A stretch of DNA of 64,000 bases, taken from positions 23,416 through 87,415 of IMG/VR virus record IMGVR_UViG_3300037755_000987; one strand, written 5' to 3'. Made by a program: the position numbers and the translations under genes. The notes under the pieces were generated by a model. The model did no database searches. It saw nothing but the letters and a program-made list of their open reading frames with translations, and was not told the DNA's origin. The stretch's first letter is position 1, and every line of letters begins with the position of its first letter. The DNA is from a virus. Taxonomy: Duplodnaviria > Caudoviricetes. Of the stretch, positions 1 to 8,149 are shown piece by piece.

Positions 1-194
1 TCACCCCGAAGGTCCTCGCCGGGCTGCGCCTGCTCGCCGGCGAGCAGGCTGAGTACCTCGCCTCGCTGGCTCTGCACCCCGCCGATTACGAGCTGCGCGC
101 CGCGGCCGTGTCCTACCTCGAACGCTGGATCGTCCGCCAAGAGGAGCGGCGGGCGAAACGAAAGGAGTCCTCAGTTGCGAACGACGCACCATGA
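1..194 (+). CDS. Hypothetical protein, 3' part only (runs off window start)
   Basis: Open frame 3 with GC-rich third positions, ending TGA 192-194. Confidence 0.55.
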   Translation, partial: TPKVLAGLRLLAGEQAEYLASLALHPADYELRAAAVSYLERWIVRQEERRAKRKESSVANDAP

Positions 195-453
195 AATGCG
201 CACCGAGCGGGTCGAGACGATCCGGGTTCTGTTGACGCCGGTGGATCTGCGGGACCTGCTCGACGGCAAGATCCCCGGGCTCGACGGGATGGCCGAGGAG
301 ATCAAGTTCTACGTGGAGCGCGCCGGCCGAAGCACTGTCGGGCTCGACCAGGACCAACCGTTGATCCTCGAGGTCAAGCGTCGCGAAGTGCTGGTCACCG
401 ATCTCAACACCCCAACCAACGATCCCGCCGACCGGCGGGAGCAGGGAGGCTGA
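175..453 (+). CDS. Hypothetical protein
   Basis: TTG start after AAGGAG; protein-like composition. Confidence 0.65.
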   Translation: MRTTHHEMRTERVETIRVLLTPVDLRDLLDGKIPGLDGMAEEIKFYVERAGRSTVGLDQDQPLILEVKRREVLVTDLNTPTNDPADRREQGG

Positions 454-458
454 CCCGA

Positions 459-2519
459 ATGATCGAGCTCGCCGAAGACCCAACCCCGCCGGCACCGCCC
501 GGCGAGGACCGATACGAGGTCCTGCTGCTCGACCAGGTCGAGCCCGGGCCGTGGAACCGCCGACACTTCGAAAAGGTCGACCTATCGCTCGAGGAGCTGG
601 CCGGTTCGATCCGGACGAAGGGGGTCATCGCTCCGATCACGGTGCGGCGGCACCCCGACACCGCGGACCGCTACCAGATCGTCGCCGGCGAACGCCGCTG
701 GCGCGCCTCGCAGCTCGCTGGCCGACCCGACATCCCATGCATCATCCGAGCGCTGACGTCCGACGAGGCGAGGGAGATCTGCGTCATCGAGAACCTCCAG
801 AGGAAGGACCTGGCGGCGATCGAGGAGGCGCAGGGGGTCGCGCTGCTGCTGGCCCGGGAAGGCGCCACGCCCGAGTCGGTGGCGCTCGAGATCGGCCGCG
901 CGGAGGCGTGGGTCGCCCAGCGCTACTCGATCGCCATGCAGCTCTCGGAGAAGTGGCAGAAGGCGGTCCTCGACCTAGAGTCGCCGTTCGGGCAGCTCAC
1001 CGCCGGCCACCTGATCGTGGTGAGCCGGATGCCGGTCGAGATCCAGGACCGGCTGCTCGAGGCCGACATCTTCTGGACCTGGAACCCGCGGGACCACCGC
1101 AAGAGGATGCCGGTGGTCCCGACAATCGACGGCCTCCGGCGGTGGGCGGAGCGCTACCAGCGGAACCTCAACACCGCCCCGTGGAAGTTGGCCGACGCCG
1201 ACCTGGTGCCGGAGGCTGGACCGTGCACGACGTGCCCGAAGCGCTCCGGCGCCGCGCTCCTGCTGTGGGACGAGTCGGAGCTCGAGGATCATGGTCCCGA
1301 TGGCCGGAAGCGGAAGAAGCCGGCCGACCACTGCCTCGACCCGGCGTGCTGGCAGACGAAGGTCGAGGCGCTGATCGACCGAGCGGCCGCGGAGGCGAAG
1401 TCGGAGTACGGCGAGGTCATCTTCGTCACGGACGGCTCCGGCTACGGCTCGGACCCGCCGGCGCGCTACCCGGGCGCGAAGCGGCGCTACAACCTGCTCG
1501 AGAGCAGCGGCCCGGCGGAGGGCTTCGTGCCGTGCATCGTGGTCGACGGCCACGACGCTGGCCGCTTCTTCTTCGGGAGGTCACAGGCGACCGGAAGTAG
1601 GCCGGACGAGCCGAAGGGGCCGACGCCGCTCAAGGAGCGCCGCAAGCAGCTCAAGCGCCGGCGGGAGCGCACGGCGATCGAGAACCTGTTCGCGCTGGTG
1701 CGGGGCGTCAAGGAGGTACCGGACCTCTCGACCGTCGCGCGGTTGGCTGCCTGCGTCGGCCTCGACGTCAAGGTGGATCGTCCCGCCGGCGGGCACGACG
1801 ACTTCTGGCCGTGGAAGAGCGCCTACCACGACGACCTGCCGGCTGATCCCGTGCCGCTCGAGGAGTGGCGGGCGAAGGTGCCGGAGTCGGGCCATGTGAC
1901 GTGGGCTCGCTTCGACATCCTCGACGACGACCGGACGGCCGCGGTGCTGTGGCGTTGGGTCCTGAACGTCTTCGCCGGCCGGCTGCAGTACGCGCCGAAC
2001 TGGAACACGGGCCTCCAGTGGCTCGAGGTCACGCGCCTGGCGGAGATCGTCGACATCAACCCGGTACCGATCTGGGAGGCCGCCGTCGAGGGCCACCCGG
2101 AGCCGAAGTCGTGGGAGCGGTTGAACGAGGACGGCACGCCGAAGACGAAGGCGGAGCCGTCGAAGAAGAGGGCCGCGAGGGCCGAGCCGCCAGCGGGGAC
2201 GGGTTCCGAGGCGACGCTGTTCTTGACCGACATCCAGGCCAAGACCGACATCCCGTACCCGACCCTGAGTCGGCTCTTCGAGGTCCACTCGGCGGAGATC
2301 CCGCACGAGATGAAGGGCCGGTACCGCTACTTCCCGGTCGAGGCGGTGGTCATCTTCCAGCGGCTCGCCGCAGACGCGAAGACGTCTACGGCAGCAACTC
2401 CACCCCCCACCCCCGAGCCGTCGAAACGTGCGCGTACGAAGCCGAAAGCCGCGGCGAAGGGCAAGAAGCGCCCGAAGGCGAAGAGGGCGACGAAGAGCGC
2501 CGCCGGAGATCCCGAATGA
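459..2519 (+). CDS. ParB/RepB/Spo0J-family protein with Cys cluster, C-terminal HTH-like segment and Lys/Ala-rich tail
   Basis: ParB N-domain motifs (NRRHF, GVIAPITVR, YQIVAGERRWRASQLAG, ENLQRKDLAAIEEA); CTTC...CLDPAC; basic tail KPKAAAKGKKRPKAKRATK. Confidence 0.85.
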   Translation: MIELAEDPTPPAPPGEDRYEVLLLDQVEPGPWNRRHFEKVDLSLEELAGSIRTKGVIAPITVRRHPDTADRYQIVAGERRWRASQLAGRPDIPCIIRALTSDEAREICVIENLQRKDLAAIEEAQGVALLLAREGATPESVALEIGRAEAWVAQRYSIAMQLSEKWQKAVLDLESPFGQLTAGHLIVVSRMPVEIQDRLLEADIFWTWNPRDHRKRMPVVPTIDGLRRWAERYQRNLNTAPWKLADADLVPEAGPCTTCPKRSGAALLLWDESELEDHGPDGRKRKKPADHCLDPACWQTKVEALIDRAAAEAKSEYGEVIFVTDGSGYGSDPPARYPGAKRRYNLLESSGPAEGFVPCIVVDGHDAGRFFFGRSQATGSRPDEPKGPTPLKERRKQLKRRRERTAIENLFALVRGVKEVPDLSTVARLAACVGLDVKVDRPAGGHDDFWPWKSAYHDDLPADPVPLEEWRAKVPESGHVTWARFDILDDDRTAAVLWRWVLNVFAGRLQYAPNWNTGLQWLEVTRLAEIVDINPVPIWEAAVEGHPEPKSWERLNEDGTPKTKAEPSKKRAARAEPPAGTGSEATLFLTDIQAKTDIPYPTLSRLFEVHSAEIPHEMKGRYRYFPVEAVVIFQRLAADAKTSTAATPPPTPEPSKRARTKPKAAAKGKKRPKAKRATKSAAGDPE

Positions 2520-3037
2520 GCGATGCCCGCGAGTGCAACGCCTGTGGCGAACTGGCGCGGTTGCTCGACACGATCCACCTCACCGTCGAGGCGCCGTTCG
2601 AGAAGAAGTCGGCCACCGGCCTCGCCGGCGACGTCCTCTTCCGCACCTGGGAGGTCGACATCGACGCCGCCTGCCTCGACCGACCGCTGCGCGACGTTCT
2701 CGTGGCTGCCTGTATCGGCTTCGGCCTGCCGGCGAGCGAGGTCAAGGCCCCGGTCGAGGAAAAAGCCGGCCGAGGCGGCGCCGAAATGACGAACGTCGAA
2801 ACCGACCGATTCGAGGCTGGCTACCGCGCCGGCCGCCGATCTCTTGCTGAAAGCCTACTCTCGCAACTGTCTCGGGCGCTTGATCCTCGCCAGCAAGACG
2901 CCATCGCCGTGCTGAGCGAACTGGAGTCGGCGCGCACGGCACTGCGTGACCTGGTCGACGAGCCGGACTGGCCGGCAGGCCTTCACCTTCAGGACGTGAT
3001 CGAGAAGTACATCCGTCCGCTGATCCCCGAGGAGTGA
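2516..3037 (+). CDS. Hypothetical protein
   Basis: ATGA overlap with the parB stop; C-terminal part of ORF 1865-3037. Confidence 0.6.
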   Translation: MSDARECNACGELARLLDTIHLTVEAPFEKKSATGLAGDVLFRTWEVDIDAACLDRPLRDVLVAACIGFGLPASEVKAPVEEKAGRGGAEMTNVETDRFEAGYRAGRRSLAESLLSQLSRALDPRQQDAIAVLSELESARTALRDLVDEPDWPAGLHLQDVIEKYIRPLIPEE

Positions 3038-3040
3038 TCG

Positions 3041-3307
3041 ATGGAGCGCATCCCTTTCACGCAGTACCTTCTCCCGGACGGCCGCACTCGGCCGACGGCC
3101 TTCGACGCGCCCGACGACGTCGCGGCGAGGGCGCGGGCCATCATCGCGGCTGGCCACCGCTTCGAGTGCGAGGTCTTGACCACCGGAGAGGTGAGCCTGA
3201 CGATCCACGACGTCGAGAACGGCGAGGACCTGGCGATCGAAGTGGTGCCGAACGGCCCCGAAGTGCCTGAGGCGGTCGTTCGGTTGGTGGAGTCCTTCGA
3301 TGCCTGA
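3041..3307 (+). CDS. Hypothetical phage protein
   Basis: ATG after GAGGAG; phage-like small protein (IPFTQYLLPDGR). Confidence 0.7.
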   Translation: MERIPFTQYLLPDGRTRPTAFDAPDDVAARARAIIAAGHRFECEVLTTGEVSLTIHDVENGEDLAIEVVPNGPEVPEAVVRLVESFDA

Positions 3308-3503
3308 CGACGTGACGATCGCCCCGGGCACCCGCTGGGTGGAGATCAAGACCCGGGCCTGGGTCACCGTGGAGGCGATCGCCGGCCACCGGGGCGATCT
3401 GGTGGAGTACCGGCGGGACCGCAGCACGGGCGTCTCAGGGCGGCGCCAGCGGGTGGCGGTTCTCGACGAGCACTTCCTCGAGCGGTTCGAGCCGAGGGAC
3501 TGA
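3300..3503 (+). CDS. Small hypothetical protein (SH3-like beta pattern)
   Basis: Overlaps previous stop; IAPGTRWVE...VTVEAI...VEYRR. Confidence 0.55.
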   Translation: MPDDVTIAPGTRWVEIKTRAWVTVEAIAGHRGDLVEYRRDRSTGVSGRRQRVAVLDEHFLERFEPRD

Positions 3504-3570
3504 GCGCAGGGAGGGAAGCTCTGACGCAACCAAACACGACAACGAAACACCTCACGGAGGCAAGAGGATC

Positions 3571-5178
3571 ATGGGAACCACCTTTCACCAGCAGAAACGG
3601 GCAGCGCTGCGGAGCTGGCCGCCGCCCGGAATCGACAAGGGCATCCGCGCGGCCTGCGAGCGGATCAACGCCTTCCGCGGCGTCTGCACGACGCAGAGCT
3701 GCGCCGGGCACGTCGAGCCGATCGAGCTGCATGGCCGCCTCTGGCTCCACCTCAACGCCGAGCTACGCTCCCGGCATGACGACCTCGCCCGCGACCTACT
3801 GGCGGCCGGCGCGGGGGTCGAGCAGGCGGGGATGCTCTACGATCGCGAGCCGTGGCCGACGTTCGAGGTGATCTTCGCGCCGTTGCGCGGGAGGGACGTG
3901 GGCGCGGCGGTGTGCGCCTGGCTGACGCTGCGCGGGCTGGGGCTGGAGCCAAGCGCCGCCAGAGACAGGGACCGCGTCGAGGCCGCTGTCGGCGTCTGGA
4001 GCGACCTTGCCGCTGAGGCTCTCGACGAAGCCAAGCGCATGGTCCCCGCCTCGGCCGATGGGAGCGTCAAGCCTCCGGTGATGCGTCCGGCTGCGGCGGG
4101 GACCGGCTTCCCTGGGGCGGGTCCGCGACTTTATGGCGCGCTCCCCCACCCGCCTGCTCGCCGATGGGCCATGTTCCCGGTCGGGAAGATCGAGGACCTC
4201 CAGAGAGGGGACATCGTTCGGGGCGCGGGCGGCGACTCCTATGTGGTCGACCGTAGAGACGGGGTCCGCGCGATCGGCATCCGCACCGTCGCGATCACCA
4301 ACCCCAGCGAGTGGAAGGTGAGGCGCCCGGTCGAGGCGGAGGCCGCCGGTGTCCCGGGCGCCGACTTGATCAAGGAGATGCACCGGGACATCGTCAAGCT
4401 GCGCGTCGCCGAGCAGACTGCCCACCTCCGCATGCTGGCCGCGGTCGAAGACGAGGTCGCCACCCTGAACGGCCCCGAGGCCGCCGGGCCGATCGATCGC
4501 ATGATCCTGCTTACCAGGCGCGGCAGCGGATCGTGGCTGATCACCGAAGGCTACCGCGTCGGCGGATGGCTGGCGCTCGACGAAGCGGTGGCGACCGTCG
4601 CCGCGGTGATGATGGACGACGGCGACCGCCGCGGGCTGGCGAAGAGGATGGAGACGGTCGAAGAGCAGCGCGCGGACCGCGACAGGTGGCGCTCGCCGGC
4701 CGTCGAGGCGAGCGGCGAGGTCGAGGAGGTGGTCGACGCCGAGTACGCGGAACAGCAGTTGGATGGTGTGGCAGTGCGACAGCGACTAGAGGCGGCGCTT
4801 GCGAAACTGGCGGGACTCGACGATGGTCCCGACGGCCAGATCACGCTGGCCCGTGCGTACATTCTCCAGGCCATTACCGGTTGCTCGTCTCCACCGTGGA
4901 AGTTCAAGCTCCTGAACGACTACCACAAGATCTTCAAGTCCCTGTTGGACGAGCTCAAGATCGAACTCGGCATGCCGGAGGCGGGGACAGAGGTGCTGCG
5001 TCGCATCCGGCTGATGCGGGAGGCTTGCGCGGAGCTGCGGCGGTGGTACTACGCGAACGGCGGCGAGTACATCGCCTGCGTCACGCCTCCCCACCGAAAC
5101 AAGGTCGCGCCGACCAACGAGAAGGTGCTGGCGCTCTACCGCGCGTGGGATGCCATCGCCGCCGCGGGGAGGGGGTGA
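3571..5178 (+). CDS. Mosaic hypothetical protein with N-terminal TYW3-like motif
   Basis: 535-aa ORF; GIDKGIRAACERIN...TTQSCAGH. Confidence 0.6.
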   Translation: MGTTFHQQKRAALRSWPPPGIDKGIRAACERINAFRGVCTTQSCAGHVEPIELHGRLWLHLNAELRSRHDDLARDLLAAGAGVEQAGMLYDREPWPTFEVIFAPLRGRDVGAAVCAWLTLRGLGLEPSAARDRDRVEAAVGVWSDLAAEALDEAKRMVPASADGSVKPPVMRPAAAGTGFPGAGPRLYGALPHPPARRWAMFPVGKIEDLQRGDIVRGAGGDSYVVDRRDGVRAIGIRTVAITNPSEWKVRRPVEAEAAGVPGADLIKEMHRDIVKLRVAEQTAHLRMLAAVEDEVATLNGPEAAGPIDRMILLTRRGSGSWLITEGYRVGGWLALDEAVATVAAVMMDDGDRRGLAKRMETVEEQRADRDRWRSPAVEASGEVEEVVDAEYAEQQLDGVAVRQRLEAALAKLAGLDDGPDGQITLARAYILQAITGCSSPPWKFKLLNDYHKIFKSLLDELKIELGMPEAGTEVLRRIRLMREACAELRRWYYANGGEYIACVTPPHRNKVAPTNEKVLALYRAWDAIAAAGRG

Positions 5179-5181
5179 CCG

Positions 5182-5598
5182 ATGCCGGACGACCTGATGG
5201 CCGCAGAGGAGAGGACCTTCGCAGGCTATTGCCCGCACGACGAGCCGGTCTACTCCCGCCCCGGCAAGCCGGGAGAGTTCGACACCGAGTGCTTCCGCTG
5301 CCCGGCTGACGCAGCGTTTCGCCCGCCACTGGAGCTCGAGTCGACGATTGAAAGGGGGGAGCGTTTGGTTCGCGAGTTCGCCGCGGCCGAAGCAATCCGC
5401 AAGGAGGCCCTTGCGCGCCGGGACGACCGCGACCGGGTCGCGGCTCAGGCGTTGCTCGAGCAGAGCCTCGAGCGCGTCATCCGCGAGTGGGAGGAGGAGG
5501 ACCCCGCCGGCCGGCGCGTCGAGCGCGTCTCGGTCCTCGGCCTGCCTGAAGGTGGCGGCCCGATCGTCGAGGTAGTGTTCCTGCCGGAGGACGACTGA
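5182..5598 (+). CDS. Hypothetical protein
   Basis: ATG after GGGAGG; coupled to next gene. Confidence 0.6.
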   Translation: MPDDLMAAEERTFAGYCPHDEPVYSRPGKPGEFDTECFRCPADAAFRPPLELESTIERGERLVREFAAAEAIRKEALARRDDRDRVAAQALLEQSLERVIREWEEEDPAGRRVERVSVLGLPEGGGPIVEVVFLPEDD

Positions 5599-5879
5599 TG
5601 CCGGCCACCGATTCGATCCCCGCTGAGCTGCATTGCCGCTACCACGGCCTCCCCGTCGTCCTGACCGAGTTCGCCGGAAAGAAGATCGAGCACCGCCGGC
5701 GGCGATCCTGGACGGAGCGGCTCTTCGCTCGCCCGTGGCAGCCGCACGTCGCCGAGAAGGTCTGGTCGACCTGGGAGCCCACGGGCGCGGCCTACATCGT
5801 TGAGGGGCGGCTGCACATCCACCCGGCGGACTGGGACCTGGTGCGCCGGCAGCTCGATCGCGCAGGTGCGCCCCGATGA
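5598..5879 (+). CDS. Hypothetical protein
   Basis: TGATG coupling. Confidence 0.6.
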   Translation: MPATDSIPAELHCRYHGLPVVLTEFAGKKIEHRRRRSWTERLFARPWQPHVAEKVWSTWEPTGAAYIVEGRLHIHPADWDLVRRQLDRAGAPR

Positions 5880-6091
5880 GGCGCCAGTTCGGCCCCTGGC
5901 GCAAGGTCACCCGCGCCGTTCCGATGCAGGGCGGCGGGTTCGGTATCCTGTCGAACAGAGGGCACACCAGGAAGTTCTGGTACCTCGACCTCGACTGCGG
6001 GCACGTCGTTCAACGCCCGCGTCCCCGGGCCGCCGTGGCCCCAGGCAAGGCCCGCTGTGAGGAGTGCGATCGAAAGGAGCGTGACGGATGA
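5876..6091 (+). CDS. Small zinc-ribbon protein
   Basis: ATGA coupling; LDCGH...RCEEC. Confidence 0.55.
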   Translation: MRRQFGPWRKVTRAVPMQGGGFGILSNRGHTRKFWYLDLDCGHVVQRPRPRAAVAPGKARCEECDRKERDG

Positions 6092-6399
6092 AAGCCACCT
6101 TCCGGTACCTGCTTCGCCTCGTCGGCCGCTTCGCCGCCGCCTGGGACCGCCGGCGCGCCCCGGACGCTCCTCCGCTGACCACGTGGACCGCCGACTTTGA
6201 GCGGCCGCGGGTGCTCCACTGCCGTTGCGGCGAGGTGGCCGCCGATGACGAGATCGATCTGTGCCACCGCTGCCGGGCTCGTCAGGAACGAGACGCCGCC
6301 GAGCTCGAGGCGCACAAGGAGGAGCGGCGTCGCCGGCGACGAGAAGCCAAGGTCCGGCGGGACAACGCGCCGGTCCTCCGGATGAGGAAGACGGGGTGA
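6088..6399 (+). CDS. Hypothetical zinc-finger protein
   Basis: ATGA coupling after AAGGAG; CRCG...LCHRC. Confidence 0.55.
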   Translation: MKATFRYLLRLVGRFAAAWDRRRAPDAPPLTTWTADFERPRVLHCRCGEVAADDEIDLCHRCRARQERDAAELEAHKEERRRRRREAKVRRDNAPVLRMRKTG

Positions 6400-6671
6400 A
6401 GCGCCTGCCTCCCAAGGCCCCGGTCGCCTTCCGCGCACTCGAGGCGCCCGAGGAACAGCGGGTCTTCAAGGTCGGGCTCCGGGTCGGCGCTGACGTCCTG
6501 TCGGCCTGGGCGTCACGGCTGGCGATCGCTCCCGCCGACCAGCTCGACCACGTTCCGAGCCTCCGGAACCTGACGCTGGTGGAGTTGCTCGCTTCGATGT
6601 ACTTGAACGGCGTGCGGGACTGCGCCGAGGTCGCGGCGAAGCGCGGGCTCTTGAACGGGAGGGCGGGTTGA
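6396..6671 (+). CDS. Hypothetical protein
   Basis: GTGA coupling; C-terminal part of ORF 6261-6671. Confidence 0.5.
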   Translation: MKRLPPKAPVAFRALEAPEEQRVFKVGLRVGADVLSAWASRLAIAPADQLDHVPSLRNLTLVELLASMYLNGVRDCAEVAAKRGLLNGRAG

Positions 6672-7075
6672 CCGCCCCGACCAGCTTCATCCACCCCGCC
6701 CCGGTCGGTTGCCGCCGCTGCGGCACGATCCTCCAGGCGAGCTACGCGGCCGAGGCGGAGTTCTGCTGCCCGACCTGCGGTGAGCCTGCCTGCTACACCT
6801 GCGGCTGCACGGAGACAAGGGCCTGCAGTGCCTCCATCCCGAACCTCGCCGGCAGCCGCACAGCCACGATGCACTGCGGGTGGGTGGCGCCGGGGCTCTG
6901 CTCGTTCTGCGGCGGCCGCGCCGCCTACGAGATGTACATGGCGGCGACGGGTCGCCCCGCGGTCGATCGCTTCTACCTCGGCCTGGCGCCGAGCGCCTTC
7001 GCGGTGCGCGGCCTTGGCGCCGGGCTCGACCAACTGCACCGCCTCGAGGCGAGGAGTGGAATCGATGGGGCGTAA
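6668..7075 (+). CDS. Cys-rich hypothetical protein
   Basis: TTGA coupling; CRRC, CPTC, CYTCGCTETRAC, CGW...LCSFC. Confidence 0.55.
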   Translation: MTAPTSFIHPAPVGCRRCGTILQASYAAEAEFCCPTCGEPACYTCGCTETRACSASIPNLAGSRTATMHCGWVAPGLCSFCGGRAAYEMYMAATGRPAVDRFYLGLAPSAFAVRGLGAGLDQLHRLEARSGIDGA

Positions 7076-7361
7076 CCTATGGCGCCGACCTGGCGAGGTG
7101 GTCGCTCAGGTCCTCCCGAACGGCCTGCTGTTCGTGACGAAGCGCGGCCGGCAACTCCCGAAGTACCAGGGTCCCGTGGTGGACGCGCTTCCTCGCCTGC
7201 TGACCGCTTTCTGGCAAGGGCAGGATGGGCTCGACCAGGTTGGCCGCCTCACGATCGAAAAGCCGACGCATCTCGTAGCGGAGACGTCCGACCTCTGCCC
7301 GCCCACACCGTTGGGGTTCCTGTGGCGCTGCCGGCGACCTCACCGGAAGCCTTTGCCGTGA
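7065..7361 (+). CDS. Hypothetical protein
   Basis: ATG after GAGGAG. Confidence 0.5.
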   Translation: MGRNLWRRPGEVVAQVLPNGLLFVTKRGRQLPKYQGPVVDALPRLLTAFWQGQDGLDQVGRLTIEKPTHLVAETSDLCPPTPLGFLWRCRRPHRKPLP

Positions 7362-7720
7362 CGAGCCCCATCCTCGCCGTCGAGCTCGAGGACACGCTCG
7401 CCGTCCACGACGGCGGCTACCTGTTCGACCTCGCCAACTGGTCGCCGAGGCCGGGGGCTCGCGACTTCCTGGCTCGCGCCACACCGTTCTTCGAGGTCCA
7501 CGTGCTCTCGAGTCGTAGGGCATGGGCCTCCAGCTTCGACGACCAAGGTCTGGCCCGCTGGTGCCGGCAGCACTTTGGCGCGGTCGCCGATGAACTGTGC
7601 TACCCGGGCCACCTCCCTCCGGCCGCGGCGGTGATCGTGAGCGCTCGAGCGGTACGGTTCCGGGCGAGCGAGGGCTTCCCGGATCCGCGGCTGTTGATCG
7701 AGGAGACGGTGCGGCGATGA
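7358..7720 (+). CDS. HAD-superfamily-like small phosphatase (degenerate motif I)
   Basis: ILAVELEDTLA resembles IAxDxDGTL; PRPGARDFL...EVHVLSSR follows the HAD layout. Confidence 0.5.
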   Translation: MTSPILAVELEDTLAVHDGGYLFDLANWSPRPGARDFLARATPFFEVHVLSSRRAWASSFDDQGLARWCRQHFGAVADELCYPGHLPPAAAVIVSARAVRFRASEGFPDPRLLIEETVRR

Positions 7721-7983
7721 GCGACGACGTCCAGCGCATCCCCGAGGAGCCCTACCTCGAGCGAGTGCGACGGCTCGTCGAGGAGCAGTACCTCGACCAC
7801 CCCACCGGCTGCGGCAGCAGCTTCGGCGAGATCCTCTGCCACGAGATCCACACGCAGGGCCTCACCTTCGTTTGGCTGGCCGAGAAGTGGGGGATCAGCC
7901 TCGCCATGCTTGGGGAGCTGATCGCCGATCACTGCCGCCGCCTGGGCGCGCTGCCGGTGGTGGACCACTCGTACCGTCCTTGA
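7717..7983 (+). CDS. Hypothetical protein
   Basis: ATGA coupling after GAGGAG. Confidence 0.6.
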   Translation: MSDDVQRIPEEPYLERVRRLVEEQYLDHPTGCGSSFGEILCHEIHTQGLTFVWLAEKWGISLAMLGELIADHCRRLGALPVVDHSYRP

Positions 7984-7984
7984 C

Positions 7985-8013
7985 TTGCGCCCGGTGGGGT
8001 CACCGGCCATAAT
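7985..8013 (+). promoter_or_regulatory. Sigma70-like promoter with inverted repeat in the spacer
   Basis: TTGCGC (7985-90), 17 bp, CATAAT (8008-13); spacer holds CCGGTG-N4-CACCGG. Confidence 0.7.
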
Positions 8014-8038
8014 GGCGCCGGCGTCGCGCTGCAAGCGG

Positions 8039-8115
8039 ACGGGGATCGTCTAACTGGCCTAGGACGCCGGCGTCTCACGTCGGTAATGGGGGTTCGAATC
8101 CCCCTCCCCGGACCA
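8039..8115 (+). tRNA. tRNA-Glu (anticodon CTC), CCA encoded
   Basis: Cloverleaf folded by hand: D stem GTCT/GGAC, anticodon stem CCGGC/GTCGG with loop GTCTCAC, T arm GGGGG-TTCGAAT-CCCCC, 3' ACCA; A1.G72 mismatch. Confidence 0.9.
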
Positions 8116-8149
8116 CCTCGCACTGCCAGGAGCGTGACAGCCGGTTCGA

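Noticed and set aside
1-11. TCACCCCGAAG at the window start also occurs at 63971-63981
   Set aside because: Only 11 bp and the sequences diverge immediately; not a terminal repeat or circular overlap
7996-8004. GGTGACCCC (reverse strand) in the tRNA-Glu promoter matching the 29.3-29.8 kb motif
   Set aside because: This GC-rich 9-mer is expected by chance about once or twice in the window and also occurs inside a gene at 63073; it lacks the AATT half
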